In this document: piece after piece, positions 44,747-54,788 of the stretch
Layout: the number at the start of each line of letters is the position of its first letter
How positions within the stretch are numbered: the stretch's first letter is position 1
Source: Candidatus Desulfaltia sp.
GTDB lineage: Bacteria > Acidobacteriota > Aminicenantia > Aminicenantales > UBA8522
Direction of reading: 5' to 3'
Assembly (NCBI GenBank): GCA_035528895.1
Contig: DATKXS010000157.1
Location: forward strand, 1,843-65,842
DNA length: 64,000 nt
Position numbers and translations under genes: made by a program
Notes under the pieces: generated by a model
The model's database searches: none
What the model was told of the DNA's origin: nothing
Seen by the model: the letters and a program-made list of their open reading frames with translations, nothing else

Positions 44747-46540
44747 ATGGCCGATACACTCGCCCAGGTCCTTGTGGACACCGTCAAGAACTATCCCAGA
44801 CCGGACTTCATGCTTTATAAGAAGGACGGCCGGTATCAGCCTATCTCGACCGAAGAATTCGGCCGGCAGGTGAAACACCTCTGCCTGGGACTTAAAGATT
44901 TGGGGCTGCAAAAAGGGGATAAGGTCATCATCCTCTCAGAGAACCGGCCCGAATGGGTGATCGCCGATCATGCCAACCTGTGTCTGGGGACGATCACCGT
45001 CCCCATCTATACGTCCCTTGTCTCCGAGCAGATCAAGTACATCATCGACGATTCGGACGCCAAGGTCGTCTTCGTCTCCTGCGAAGATCTATGGAAAAGG
45101 GTCGAGGCCGTTGGGCCCAGCTTAACCAAGGTCCGCTATTACGTCAGCTTCATGGAGAAGGCGCCGGCCGGCCTCCTTACCTATAGCCAGGTCCTGGAGA
45201 GAGGACGCCGGCTCGACGAGCAGAACCCGGCGCTTTTCGAGTCCCTGGCCCGGGCAATCCGACCTGAAGATGAAGCCTCCCTGATCTATACTTCCGGAAC
45301 GACCGGTGTTCCCAAGGGAGTCATCCTGACCCACGATAATTTCCTGAGCAACGTTAGGGCCGTTTCGGAGATTATCGAGTTTTCCGATAAGGATACCGTT
45401 CTTTCCTTCCTTCCTCTTTCTCATGTTCTGGAAAGAATGGTCACCTTCACTTATGTCTTCAAGGGCTGCCATATCTGCTATGCTGAAAGCATCGAGTCGG
45501 TCGCCGCGAACCTGCTGGAGATCCGGCCCAACATCATGGTCAGCGTGCCCCGCGTCTTCGAGAAGATCTACGCCAAGGTCATGGACAACGTTCTCTCCAG
45601 CTCGACCCTGAAGAAGAGGATCTTCTTCTGGGCGCTCAAAGTGGGTAAGGAATTCGGTCGCCGTAAGCTGAACAACGAGCCGATCAGCGCGGGACTCCAG
45701 CGAAAACGGAATCTGGCCCAGAAGCTGGTTTTCTCCAAGATCGTCGAGAAAATGGGGGGACGGGTGCGCTTTTTCGTCTCCGGCGGAGCGCCCTTGTCCA
45801 AGGATATCGCCGACTTCTTCTACGCCCTGGGGCTCGTTATCCTGGAGGGATACGGCTTGACCGAGACCTCGCCTGTGATCTCCGTCAATACGTTCGAAAA
45901 CCTGAAATTCGGGACGGTCGGAAAGCCCATCCCGGGGGTGGAAGCCCGGATCGCGCCGGACGGCGAGATCCTGACCCGCGGCCCTCACGTCATGAAAGGC
46001 TATTACAAGAAGGAAGCGGAGACCCTGGAGGCGTTCGAGGGCGGCTGGTTCCACACCGGCGACATCGGCCATCTCGATAAGGACGGCTTTCTGGTCATCA
46101 CCGACCGCAAGAAGGACATCATCGTCACGGCCGGCGGCAAGAACATCGCTCCCCAGCCGATCGAGAACATCCTCAAGACCAACCCCTACATCTCCAATGC
46201 CGTCGTCATCGGCGACCGGCGCAGGTTCGTCTGCGCCCTGATCGTGCCCAACTTCGAGAAAATCGTGGAGTATGCCCGCTCCAGCGGCATCTCCTTCTCC
46301 AACCAGGCCGAACTCGTCCGCAACGAGAAGGTCGTCAACTTCCTCAAGGCTGAGGTCGATCGGGCCACCCCCAATCTGGCTCAATACGAAAGGATCAAGC
46401 GTGTCGCCCTCCTCGACCGGGATTTTGAGATCGAAAAGGGAGAGATGACGCCCACGCTCAAGGTCAAGCGGAACATCATCGAACAGAAATACAAAAAACT
46501 GATCGATGCCTTGTACGAGGAGGAGAAAAATAGCGGGTAG
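44747..46540 (+). CDS. long-chain fatty acid--CoA ligase (AMP-forming, FadD/FAA-like)
   Basis: AMP-binding motif IYTSGTTGVPKGV and downstream adenylate-forming core motifs. A TTGACA-17-TACAAT promoter and GGAGGAGGG RBS lie upstream. Confidence 0.85.
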   Translation: MADTLAQVLVDTVKNYPRPDFMLYKKDGRYQPISTEEFGRQVKHLCLGLKDLGLQKGDKVIILSENRPEWVIADHANLCLGTITVPIYTSLVSEQIKYIIDDSDAKVVFVSCEDLWKRVEAVGPSLTKVRYYVSFMEKAPAGLLTYSQVLERGRRLDEQNPALFESLARAIRPEDEASLIYTSGTTGVPKGVILTHDNFLSNVRAVSEIIEFSDKDTVLSFLPLSHVLERMVTFTYVFKGCHICYAESIESVAANLLEIRPNIMVSVPRVFEKIYAKVMDNVLSSSTLKKRIFFWALKVGKEFGRRKLNNEPISAGLQRKRNLAQKLVFSKIVEKMGGRVRFFVSGGAPLSKDIADFFYALGLVILEGYGLTETSPVISVNTFENLKFGTVGKPIPGVEARIAPDGEILTRGPHVMKGYYKKEAETLEAFEGGWFHTGDIGHLDKDGFLVITDRKKDIIVTAGGKNIAPQPIENILKTNPYISNAVVIGDRRRFVCALIVPNFEKIVEYARSSGISFSNQAELVRNEKVVNFLKAEVDRATPNLAQYERIKRVALLDRDFEIEKGEMTPTLKVKRNIIEQKYKKLIDALYEEEKNSG

Positions 46541-46542
46541 GC

Positions 46543-47298
46543 CTATTTGGCCTTCGCTTCGGTCACTTCGGCTTCAGTCGAGGTTTCGTCGGTCTTCTCC
46601 CGCCAGAAGAGGATGCGGCCGCAGTTTTCGCAGAGGATGAGCTTGCGGGTGGAGAGCAGTTCGTTCAGGACCTGCGGCCGGATGCGCACGTGGCACAAGT
46701 CGCAGAAATCGTCCCTGACGGGGGAAAGGACGATGCCGCCCTTCTTGCGAGAGATATTGAGATAAAGATCAACCTGCGCGGCAGGTATCGCGGGCAGGAG
46801 ATCGGCTTTGCCTCGACCGAGCAGCTGAACTCTGTCTTCCGCTTCCTTCTTCTTTTGGAAGATAGCCTTCTTCTCCCGGGATAGAGTCTCCTGGGTTTCG
46901 GCGAGCTTCTGGTTGGCCTCCTTGATATCCTTCTGGATGTCGTCCTCCAGGAGCATTTCGGCGATGAACCCTTCCTCGAGGCGATCCACTCTCTTTTCGG
47001 ATTCTTCGATCTCCTTGAGGAGGGCCGTATATTCCTTGTTGGTCTTGACCTCGTTCAGCTGGCGCTTGTATTTCCCGATATGGGCCTTGATATCCTTGAC
47101 CTCGGTCTCGAGCTCGCGTCTCTTTTTCTGGCTGGCGGTCATCTTCTCCTTGGCAGCGGCCGCGATGAGGCTGCTTTCCGCGATCTTCTTGTCGATGTTT
47201 TCGATCTGGGGAGGGATACCTTCAAGGAAGAGAGAAAGCTGCCGGATCTCCATGTCCAATTGCTGGAGCTGGATCAGCTTCTCGAAATCGATTTCCAC
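46543..47298 (-). CDS. COG1579-type zinc-ribbon coiled-coil protein
   Basis: Long coiled-coil N-terminus and C-terminal CxxC...CxxC (CDLCHVRI...CENCGRIL). Confidence 0.75.
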   Translation of the reverse strand: MEIDFEKLIQLQQLDMEIRQLSLFLEGIPPQIENIDKKIAESSLIAAAAKEKMTASQKKRRELETEVKDIKAHIGKYKRQLNEVKTNKEYTALLKEIEESEKRVDRLEEGFIAEMLLEDDIQKDIKEANQKLAETQETLSREKKAIFQKKKEAEDRVQLLGRGKADLLPAIPAAQVDLYLNISRKKGGIVLSPVRDDFCDLCHVRIRPQVLNELLSTRKLILCENCGRILFWREKTDETSTEAEVTEAKAK

Positions 47299-47319
47299 AT
47301 CTCTTCCTCGAAATCAACA

Positions 47320-47391
47320 TGGGCCTACCAGGATTCGAACCTGGGACCTGCCGGTTATGAGCCGGTAGCTCTACCGCTGAGCTATAGGCCC
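47320..47391 (-). tRNA. tRNA-Met (anticodon CAT; an elongator or Ile2-lysidine type cannot be excluded)
   Basis: Minus-strand read GGGCCTATAGCTCAGCGGTAGAGCTACCGGCTCATAACCGGCAGGTCCCAGGTTCGAATCCTGGTAGGCCCA folds into a cloverleaf with a 7-bp fully paired acceptor stem, TTCGAAT T-loop and CAT anticodon. CCA is not encoded. Its own TTGACT-17-TATAAG promoter ends 8 nt upstream. Confidence 0.85.
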
Positions 47392-47430
47392 TCCGCCTTC
47401 TTATAACAAATCCGTCCCGGATAGTCAAAC

Positions 47431-47552
47431 AAGGGGGACGTTCCCCAAAGGGACACCCTGCGTTTGTTTATGATGTCCTCTAATGATTGCGGAGGCGGTA
47501 GGGTGTCCCTTTGGGGAACGTCCCCCTTAATGAGGAACGTCCCCCTTAATGA
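47431..47552. repeat. perfect 29-bp inverted repeat (40-nt spacer) followed by a 19-bp perfect tandem direct repeat that contains the rpoD stop codon
   Basis: Arm 47431-47459 aagggggacgttccccaaagggacaccct is the exact reverse complement of 47500-47528. DR1 47515-47533 and DR2 47534-47552 both read ggaacgtcccccttaatga, and DR2 covers the rpoD stop codon TAA at 47546-47548. Confidence 0.8.
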
Positions 47553-49168
47553 TTGTCGGTGAATGAGCGGAGCTTCCGGCTGCGGCTGGGATGCTTGAGC
47601 TTCCGCAAGGCTTTGGCCTCTATCTGGCGGATCCTCTCACGGGTGACCTTGAACTGCTGGCCGACCTCTTCCAAGGTGTGCTCGTTCCCGTCCCCCAGCC
47701 CGAAGCGCATCTTCAGGACTTTGGCCTCTCTTTCGGTCAAGGATTTGAGGGCTTCTTCGATTTGCTCGCGCAGGTTGATATGGATGACCGTGTCGGGAGG
47801 CGAGGGCATCAGCTTGTCCTCGATGAAATCCCCCAGGTGGCTGTCCTCCTCCTCGCCGATGGGCGTCTCGAGAGAGATCGGCTCCTGGGCGATCTTGATG
47901 ATCTTGCGAACCTTGTTCACAGGCAAGTCCATCTTTCTGGCGATCTCCTCGCTCGACGGCTCCCGGCCGACCTCCTGGACCAGGCTGCGGGACACCCGGA
48001 TGAGCTTGTTGATGGTCTCGATCATGTGGACGGGGATACGGATGGTCCGGGCCTGGTCGGCGATGGCCCGGGTGATGGCCTGCCGGATCCACCAGGTGGC
48101 ATAGGTCGAGAACTTGTACCCCCGGCGGTACTCGAACTTATCGACCGCCTTCATCAATCCCATATTCCCTTCCTGGATGAGGTCGAGGAACTGCAGGCCG
48201 CGGTTGCTGTATTTCTTGGCGATCGAGACGACGAGCCTGAGGTTGGCGGCCACGAGCTCTTTTTTAGCCTGGTCGCTGATCTTCTTGCCGGTGGTGATGG
48301 CCCGGAGGGTCTTCCGCAGGTTCTGGGCATCGAGACCGATCTCCTTGTGGAAAGTCCGGAGCCGCTTGCCGACCTCCCTTAGCCTCTGCTTGAGGGCCGC
48401 TTGGCTCTTTTTCCCCCGGGCGCGCTTCAGGGCCAGGGTAAGCTCTTCTTTGGTGTCTTCGAGATCGTTGATCTTCCTGAGGTTCGCCCGGAGAGAGAAG
48501 ATGATCCTTTCCCGTTCGCTCGGCCGGATGTTGAGCTCTTGGATCAATCGGCTCATCTTGACGATGATCCGGCCGCGGGCGAAATTGTATTTCTTGGCGG
48601 TGGGAATCTTGTCCAGCTTCCGGCAGAGGGCCTGGATCTTCTTGATCTTGGACAGGACTTCCTCTTTTTTCCCCTCCAGCTTGTCCTCAGTGATCTCATC
48701 GTCGCTGAGGTCGAACATCTCCAGGAAGATGAGGAGGTTGGTCTTGATCTGCTCCTCCAGGGCGAGGACCTGGTTGAGGACAAGACGGGTCTTGGAGAGG
48801 GCCGTGATGATCGACTTTTCTCCCCGCTCGATCTCCCGGGCGATGGCGATCTCGCCTTCCCGGGTGAGCAGCGAGATGTTGCCCATCTCGCGCAGGTAGA
48901 GCTTGACAGGGTCGGTCGTCCGCTCCAGCCCGTGGACGGAGACCTGGTTGTCCTTCGCTTTCTTGAGGGAAGGGCCGCTCTTCTTGAAGCCGAGGATCTT
49001 GATCCCGTAATCATCCATCGAGCTGAGGAACTCGTCGAACTTCTTTTCCGGGCTCGTCTCTTCGTGGAAGGTTTTATCGATCTCCTCGAAGAGAAGATAG
49101 CCCTGCTTTCTTCCCTTGGTGAGAAGCTGATCGATTTCTTCCCTTCGATACTTCTGGTCGATCGACAA
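47546..49168 (-). CDS. rpoD: RNA polymerase sigma factor RpoD (sigma-70)
   Basis: Regions 1.1-4.2 are recognisable (region 2.4 [16 protein letters not shown]; region 4.2 [26 protein letters not shown]). Confidence 0.97.
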   Translation of the reverse strand: MSIDQKYRREEIDQLLTKGRKQGYLLFEEIDKTFHEETSPEKKFDEFLSSMDDYGIKILGFKKSGPSLKKAKDNQVSVHGLERTTDPVKLYLREMGNISLLTREGEIAIAREIERGEKSIITALSKTRLVLNQVLALEEQIKTNLLIFLEMFDLSDDEITEDKLEGKKEEVLSKIKKIQALCRKLDKIPTAKKYNFARGRIIVKMSRLIQELNIRPSERERIIFSLRANLRKINDLEDTKEELTLALKRARGKKSQAALKQRLREVGKRLRTFHKEIGLDAQNLRKTLRAITTGKKISDQAKKELVAANLRLVVSIAKKYSNRGLQFLDLIQEGNMGLMKAVDKFEYRRGYKFSTYATWWIRQAITRAIADQARTIRIPVHMIETINKLIRVSRSLVQEVGREPSSEEIARKMDLPVNKVRKIIKIAQEPISLETPIGEEEDSHLGDFIEDKLMPSPPDTVIHINLREQIEEALKSLTEREAKVLKMRFGLGDGNEHTLEEVGQQFKVTRERIRQIEAKALRKLKHPSRSRKLRSFTDNH

Positions 49169-49197
49169 AGCGGTTACCTCAAGGCGGAAATATTATA

Positions 49198-50919
49198 TCA
49201 CATCGCCAGGATTTGCCTGGTCAGGTCCTGCTTTTGGGAGAGAAGCCGGGCCAGTTTTTCCTTCTCCCCGTTTCGTTCGCAGCGGACGATCTCCTTTTGG
49301 AGGGCGCGCAGCCGGCCCGCGAGGGCCGTCTTGCGCAGGGTTTGCAAACAGTCCAGCGCTTCCTCGGGAGTGCCCCGGCCCGACCTTTCCTGCATCATCT
49401 CCGAGACCTGCCCCCAAAGCTCGGGCCCGACGGCACTGCTCAACTCGGAAAAGAGGACTCGTTTTCCCTTCCGCGCGCAATCCAGGAGAAAAACCAGCGC
49501 CGCCTCGCTCCGCAGTCCTCGGAAATCTTCCTCCTCGACCTGCTTCAGGAGGTCGGCTGCCAGCTCTTGGTCTTCGAGCAGAATCTGAAGAAGGCGCTTT
49601 TCGGCGGGAAAGAGGAGCACTTTTTCCTCGCCGGTCTTTCCGGGTGCCGGCTTTTCGATGATCTGGCGGAGGAGCGATTCCTCCACTCCCAGATAGTCAC
49701 TGGCCTGCCGGAGGTATTCGCTCCTCACGATCGAATCGGGGATCTTATTGAGCTCGGTGACGATGCTTCTGATGATCCTGGACTTTTCCTCGGGCACGTT
49801 CATCCGTCCCGTCCGGACGGTCATGTCGACCAGGAACTGGAGCCCGGAGGCGCTCTTCCCGGCCAGGTCGAGATAGGGCTCGTGTCCGAATTTCCGGACG
49901 AAGCCGTCCGGATCAAGACTTTGAGGCAAAATGAGGACCTGAGTCTGGACGGCCTTTTCGAAACAGAGTGGGATGGCCCGGAGGGCGGCGTTCTGCCCGG
50001 CCGGATCGCCGTCATAGTTGATGATAATCCGGGGCGCGAATCGCCTCGCCAGGCCGACCTGATGAGGGGTCAAAGCGGTCCCCAGCGAAGCGGCGGCATT
50101 CCGAATGCCCGCCTGGTAAAGCGATGCGAAATCAGTGTAGCCTTCGACCAGGATGAGTTCTCCGGCCTCACGGACGGCCTCCTTGGTCCAGTTCAGTCCG
50201 TAGAGCGTCTTTCCTTTGGAATAGACCGGTGTATCGGGGGAATTGAGGTACTTGGGCGTGGCCTCGGCGACCGTCCGGCCGCCGAAAGCGACGATCTTTC
50301 CGGTCAGGCCGAAGATGGGGAAAATGATCCGGCCCCGGAAACGGTCGTAATATTCGGACCTCTTTTGGCCGGGGAGGACAAGGCCGGCCTTTTCCAGGAG
50401 AGCGGGCTCCGTGCCTCTCCCCTGAAAGTGGCCCAACAGGGCGTTCCAGGAATTCGGCGCGTAGCCGACCTTGAGAGTCTCGAGAGTATCGGAAGATAGG
50501 CTTCTTTTCTTCAAGTAAGCCAGGGCGGCTTCACCCTCCTTCGTTTGGAAAAGGTTGCGGCGATAAAAAGCCAGGGCCAGCTCATTGACCTTGTAGACCT
50601 TCTCCTCGAGCTTCTGGAGCTCGGGTGAAAGCCTGGTTTTCTGGGGCAGAGGAATATGATATTTCTCGGCCAGGTAGTTCAACGCTTCGGGGAAGGTGAG
50701 GTTTTCCTTTTCCATGACCAGCGTAAAAACATCGCCGCCCACCCCGCAGCCGAAGCAGTGAAAGAGCTGCTTCTCCGAGTCCACGGTGAAGGAGGGGTCC
50801 TTTTCCGAATGGAAGGGGCAGAGTCCGACATGTTTTCGGCCGCGTCTTTTCAGTGCGGTGTACAGGGAAGCAATGTCGACGATATCGGCGGCTTGCCTGA
50901 TCTGGTCGATGATCTCCAT
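49198..50919 (-). CDS. dnaG: DNA primase DnaG
   Basis: Zinc-ribbon CPFHSEKDPSFTV...CFGCG and Toprim domain (EGYTDFASL). Confidence 0.95.
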   Translation of the reverse strand: MEIIDQIRQAADIVDIASLYTALKRRGRKHVGLCPFHSEKDPSFTVDSEKQLFHCFGCGVGGDVFTLVMEKENLTFPEALNYLAEKYHIPLPQKTRLSPELQKLEEKVYKVNELALAFYRRNLFQTKEGEAALAYLKKRSLSSDTLETLKVGYAPNSWNALLGHFQGRGTEPALLEKAGLVLPGQKRSEYYDRFRGRIIFPIFGLTGKIVAFGGRTVAEATPKYLNSPDTPVYSKGKTLYGLNWTKEAVREAGELILVEGYTDFASLYQAGIRNAAASLGTALTPHQVGLARRFAPRIIINYDGDPAGQNAALRAIPLCFEKAVQTQVLILPQSLDPDGFVRKFGHEPYLDLAGKSASGLQFLVDMTVRTGRMNVPEEKSRIIRSIVTELNKIPDSIVRSEYLRQASDYLGVEESLLRQIIEKPAPGKTGEEKVLLFPAEKRLLQILLEDQELAADLLKQVEEEDFRGLRSEAALVFLLDCARKGKRVLFSELSSAVGPELWGQVSEMMQERSGRGTPEEALDCLQTLRKTALAGRLRALQKEIVRCERNGEKEKLARLLSQKQDLTRQILAM

Positions 50920-51019
50920 TCTTGGCGCTGGTCAGGGGGAAAAGGTCTTAGTAAATATAGGGAGGGACCTCTCCGTTGTCAAGCAAGCCGGGCCCGTTTT
51001 TCTTTGTTTGTCAGCATTT

Positions 51020-51799
51020 CTAAAGATGATTGATCAGGCTGGCCAGGTAGGCGGCCCCGAACCCGTTATCGATGTTCACCACGGCCACACCGCCGGGGCA
51101 GGAGTTGAGCATGGCCAGGAGGGCCGAGATGCCCTGGAAGCTCGCTCCATAGCCGACGCTGGTGGGGACGGCGATGATGGGCGCGCTGACCAGCCCGGCC
51201 AAAACGCTGGGGAGAGCGCCCTCCATGCCCGCCACGGCGATGATCAGACGGGCTTTTCTGACTTTCTCCATCTCCCCGAAGAGGCGATGAAGCCCGGCCA
51301 CGCCGACGTCGTAGATCCTTTCGGCTTCGTTACCCAGCATCTCGCAGGTCACGAAGGCCTCCTCAGCCACTGGGATATCCGATGTTCCGGCCGTGATGAT
51401 GACGATCTTCCCCCGGCCCGGCGCCGGGCGCTTTTTTTTCAGGCTAATGGTTTTTCCCAGGGGATCGTAGCGACAGCCGGGGATCTTCCGCCTGATCTTC
51501 TGATAGATCCGAGGACCGGCCCGGGTGATGAGCAGACTGTTTCCCCTTTTGCAGATCTCCCGGGCGATCTTGATGATCTGTCCATCGGTTTTTCCCTGGC
51601 CGAAGATGATCTCGGGGAACCCTTTCCGGACTTCCCGGTGGTGGTCGATCTTGGCGAAACCGAGGTCCTGGTAGGGATAATCCTTCAATTTCTGGAAGGC
51701 CTTCCGGGAAGACATTTTCCCCAAAGAGACCTTTTCTAGGACCTCTTCCAACTCCGTTTTCATGCCCGATATATTACCATACCCGGGGCCGTTGAACAA
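51020..51799 (-). CDS. LarB-like PurE-family protein (COG1691; nickel-pincer cofactor biosynthesis carboxylase/hydrolase homolog)
   Basis: C-terminal PurE-like fold with KIVIITAGTSD and AVAGMEGALPSVLAG, and an N-terminal ~100-aa extension as in LarB. No larC/larE is seen nearby. Confidence 0.6.
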   Translation of the reverse strand: MFNGPGYGNISGMKTELEEVLEKVSLGKMSSRKAFQKLKDYPYQDLGFAKIDHHREVRKGFPEIIFGQGKTDGQIIKIAREICKRGNSLLITRAGPRIYQKIRRKIPGCRYDPLGKTISLKKKRPAPGRGKIVIITAGTSDIPVAEEAFVTCEMLGNEAERIYDVGVAGLHRLFGEMEKVRKARLIIAVAGMEGALPSVLAGLVSAPIIAVPTSVGYGASFQGISALLAMLNSCPGGVAVVNIDNGFGAAYLASLINHL

Positions 51800-51821
51800 A
51801 ATCAGGTGATGAGGCGCGAGT

Positions 51822-51972
51822 ATTTCCGTTTGGGTGATTCTATTGGGCGCAGGAAGCCGCCCTCGGCCCCCGCACCCCGGGGAACCAGTCCCGTCGGTTC
51901 CCCCCGTCGGAGAAGCCGACGGGTCCCCCCTCCGCTACGGGGGCTTCAGGGCGGCTTCCTGCGCCCAATATT
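51822..51972. repeat. structured ~150-nt intergenic repeat element, copy B
   Basis: Perfect 21-nt outer inverted repeat ttgggcgcaggaagccgccct / agggcggcttcctgcgcccaa, plus gcccccg/cgggggc and inner hairpins ggggaacc..ggttcccc and ccgtcgg..ccgacgg. Homologous to copy A, with compensatory stem substitutions. Confidence 0.7.
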
Positions 51973-52070
51973 ATTTATATTATCCATTCATAATTGGTTC
52001 CTCATGATCCTGTCCCGGGCGATTGACAGGAAATGCCGGTCGTAGAGTATACTAGTGACCGATCAGAGAA

Positions 52071-52937
52071 ATGTTCAGGAAGCAGACGCTCAAGCGGGAG
52101 ATTTCGTTCTCCGGTGTCGGCATTCACTCCGGGGAGCAGGTCAGTTTAACCCTCAAGCCGTCCCACTCCGGGAAGATCCTGTTCCGACGGCTGGACCTGG
52201 GCGGGCTGGAGGTCGAGCCGGATCCCCGGAGGATCGACGCCTTGAACTGCTCCTGCCTGGTCTTCGAGTCGGGCCGCATCCAGACTCTGGAGCATCTCAT
52301 GGCGGCTTTGTACGTGCTCGGCCTTGACAGTCTGGACGTCGAGCTCCAAGGGAGCGAGATCCCCATCCTGGACGGAAGCGCGGCCCCTCTGGCCCGGGCC
52401 ATCCTGGAGGCCGGCGTCGTTCCGACCCGCCGGAAGAGACAGGTGGTCCGCCTGCTCAAGCCGCACACTCTCGAAGAAGCAGGGGCCAGGTTGTCCTTCT
52501 CGCCCGCCCCCGACCTCAAGGTATCCTATGCCATCGATTTTACCCACCCGCTCATCGGCCGGCAGGAGATATCCTTCGACCTGACCCGGGAAGTTTTTCT
52601 TCAAGAGATCGCCCCGGCCCGGACGTTCGGATTTTTGAAGGACGTGGCCGAGCTCCAGAAGCGCGGCCTGGCCCTCGGTGGGACGATGGACAACGCCGTG
52701 GTTCTCGATGAAGACAGGGTCATCAGCGGTTCCCTCCGCTTCCGGGACGAATTCGTCCGCCACAAAGTGCTGGACCTCATCGGCGACCTGGCTCTCTTCG
52801 GACATCCTCTGCTCGGCCACTTTCAGGCGGAACGGGCCGGCCATCGCCTCCATCTCCGGGCCGTCCTCTTCCTCCTCGAGAACCCCGGTTTCTGGGCTTT
52901 CGAGGAGACGGTTGCCCCCCGCTTCCTCAGGGGCTGA
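52071..52937 (+). CDS. lpxC: UDP-3-O-acyl-N-acetylglucosamine deacetylase
   Basis: N-terminus LKREISFSGVGIHSGE and the HKxLD zinc-binding region (FVRHKVLDLIGDL). Confidence 0.9.
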   Translation: MFRKQTLKREISFSGVGIHSGEQVSLTLKPSHSGKILFRRLDLGGLEVEPDPRRIDALNCSCLVFESGRIQTLEHLMAALYVLGLDSLDVELQGSEIPILDGSAAPLARAILEAGVVPTRRKRQVVRLLKPHTLEEAGARLSFSPAPDLKVSYAIDFTHPLIGRQEISFDLTREVFLQEIAPARTFGFLKDVAELQKRGLALGGTMDNAVVLDEDRVISGSLRFRDEFVRHKVLDLIGDLALFGHPLLGHFQAERAGHRLHLRAVLFLLENPGFWAFEETVAPRFLRG

Positions 52938-53013
52938 GAGCGCGCTCCTTGTCAAAAGGGGCGCTCTGGGTTAGAATGAACCCACTCACAATTGCCCTAG
53001 TCAGGAGATCGCG

Positions 53014-53520
53014 GTGAAGGAAGAGAAGATAAAAAAAGATGCCTACGTGAAGGCTTTGTCCGCCTACGGCGAAGCCATGAAAGAATTCCATAAGGGAAAA
53101 CTCGACAAGGCCGAGGAGCTGCTGAAAGCTTTTCTGGAAAAGCACGATACGGAAAAGGAGCTCGTTGACAGGGTCAAGATCTATCTTCAGATCACCCGGG
53201 AAAAGGGGAAGAAAGAAATCGTTTCCCTGAAGACGTTCGATGATTACATGTCTTACAGTGTTTATAAGATCAACTCCGGAGCCTATGAGGACGCTTTGAA
53301 GCTCTTGGAAAAGGCCCTGGAGATGAAAGGGGAAGAGGGCCGCGTCTTTTTTCTCCAGGCCGATGCCTATGTCCTTATGGGAAAAACGGAAGAGGCCATG
53401 GAGTGCCTGAAGAAGGCGTTCCAGAAGGACAAGTTCTACCGCATCCTGGCCCAGAACGAGATCGATTTCGCGCCCCTCTGGGACGATAAGAAGTTCAAGC
53501 TGATCACCCGTCTGACATGA
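53014..53520 (+). CDS. TPR-like helical repeat protein (hypothetical)
   Basis: Lys/Glu-rich helical repeats. 4-nt overlap with the glmU start. Confidence 0.4.
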   Translation: MKEEKIKKDAYVKALSAYGEAMKEFHKGKLDKAEELLKAFLEKHDTEKELVDRVKIYLQITREKGKKEIVSLKTFDDYMSYSVYKINSGAYEDALKLLEKALEMKGEEGRVFFLQADAYVLMGKTEEAMECLKKAFQKDKFYRILAQNEIDFAPLWDDKKFKLITRLT

Positions 53521-54788
53521 AGGGAAACCCGCTGGCGCTTGTCTGGACGATAGGAGAAGGGGCGGGCCCCAGGTCCCGCTCGGTTTCTTTGCAGCAACGC
53601 CTCCTCGGGAAGTCCATCTTCAGGCTGGCCGTCGAGGCGGTCCAGAGCCTCCATCCCGGGGAGCTCCTGGCCGTCCTCGGCGACGGCGAGGGCGACGCGG
53701 ACGTCCCCCCATCTTTTCCCGAGGTTCGTTTCCTGAGGGCTCTGAAAACGCGGGGAGCACTCGGGGCCATCCTCTCGGCCAAGGAAGTGCTCTCCAGGAA
53801 TAAGACCAGAGACCTCGTCCTCCTGGACGCCCGCCTGGCGCTGCTCAGCCCGCGCAGCCTGCGATCTCTGCTGGCGGCCCATCGCAAAAACGGAAACTCT
53901 CTGACCACGGCCGCGTCTCTCGGCCCGCTCCCCGTCCAAGCGGCCCGGGTCGGGGATCTCCTGGAAGCGCTCGATGAGCTCAGCCCGCGCCAAAGGGCGG
54001 GAGGACGGATCGATGACCTCATCGGAGTGATGGCCAAGAGCGGCCGGAAAATCGGCTCCTATCGTCTGCGTCATCCGGAAGAATCGCTGGCCGTCCGCAC
54101 TCCCGCCGCCCTCTCCACGGCGATCATGTTCCTGCGCGAGCGAAAGATTAGCGAGCTTGAATCCCGGGGGGTCATCATCCTTGACCCGGCGACGACCTGG
54201 GTGGATCTGGACGTCCGCATCGGCCCGGGAACGGTCCTCTATCCTTCCGTCGTCATCGAAGGTCAAACGAAGATCGGCGCCCAGTGCCGGATCTATCCGT
54301 TTGTCCACCTCACCGACGCCTGGCTCGGTGACCGCGTGAAAGTCCTCAGCTCCACGGTAATCGAGAAGAGCCGCATCGAGAGAGAAGCCCAGGTCGGTCC
54401 GTTCGCCCGTTTCCGGCCGATGAGTGTTGTCCGGCCGCGGGCGAAGGTGGGCAATTTCGTCGAGATGAAAAATACGGTTTTCGGGGAACGCTCCAAAGCC
54501 GGGCATCTGTCCTACCTCGGGGATGCGATCGTCGAGGAAGACGTCAACATCGGGGCGGGCACCATCACCTGCAATTACGACGGGTTCCGGAAATACCAGA
54601 CCAGGATCGAACGGGGCGCCTTTATCGGCTCGGGCACGGAGCTCGTGGCGCCGGTGCGGATCGGCCGCGATGCCTATGTCGGCGCCGGTTCCGTCATCAC
54701 CAAGGATGTCCCGCCGGAAGCCCTGGCTGTGGCCCGCGGCCGCCAGATCGAGAGGCCGGGCTGGGTCAGAGGGAGACGGAAGAAATAA
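53517..54788 (+). CDS. glmU: bifunctional UDP-N-acetylglucosamine pyrophosphorylase / glucosamine-1-phosphate N-acetyltransferase
   Basis: N-terminal nucleotidyltransferase fold and C-terminal left-handed beta-helix hexapeptide repeats ([12 protein letters not shown]...[14 protein letters not shown]). Confidence 0.85.
   Translation: MKGNPLALVWTIGEGAGPRSRSVSLQQRLLGKSIFRLAVEAVQSLHPGELLAVLGDGEGDADVPPSFPEVRFLRALKTRGALGAILSAKEVLSRNKTRDLVLLDARLALLSPRSLRSLLAAHRKNGNSLTTAASLGPLPVQAARVGDLLEALDELSPRQRAGGRIDDLIGVMAKSGRKIGSYRLRHPEESLAVRTPAALSTAIMFLRERKISELESRGVIILDPATTWVDLDVRIGPGTVLYPSVVIEGQTKIGAQCRIYPFVHLTDAWLGDRVKVLSSTVIEKSRIEREAQVGPFARFRPMSVVRPRAKVGNFVEMKNTVFGERSKAGHLSYLGDAIVEEDVNIGAGTITCNYDGFRKYQTRIERGAFIGSGTELVAPVRIGRDAYVGAGSVITKDVPPEALAVARGRQIERPGWVRGRRKK

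Noticed and set aside
46543-47298. Possible cell-division or DNA-repair role for the COG1579 zinc-ribbon protein because of its placement near rpoD and dnaG
   Set aside because: Function cannot be inferred from the sequence beyond coiled coil plus zinc ribbon, so it is left as a family call only.
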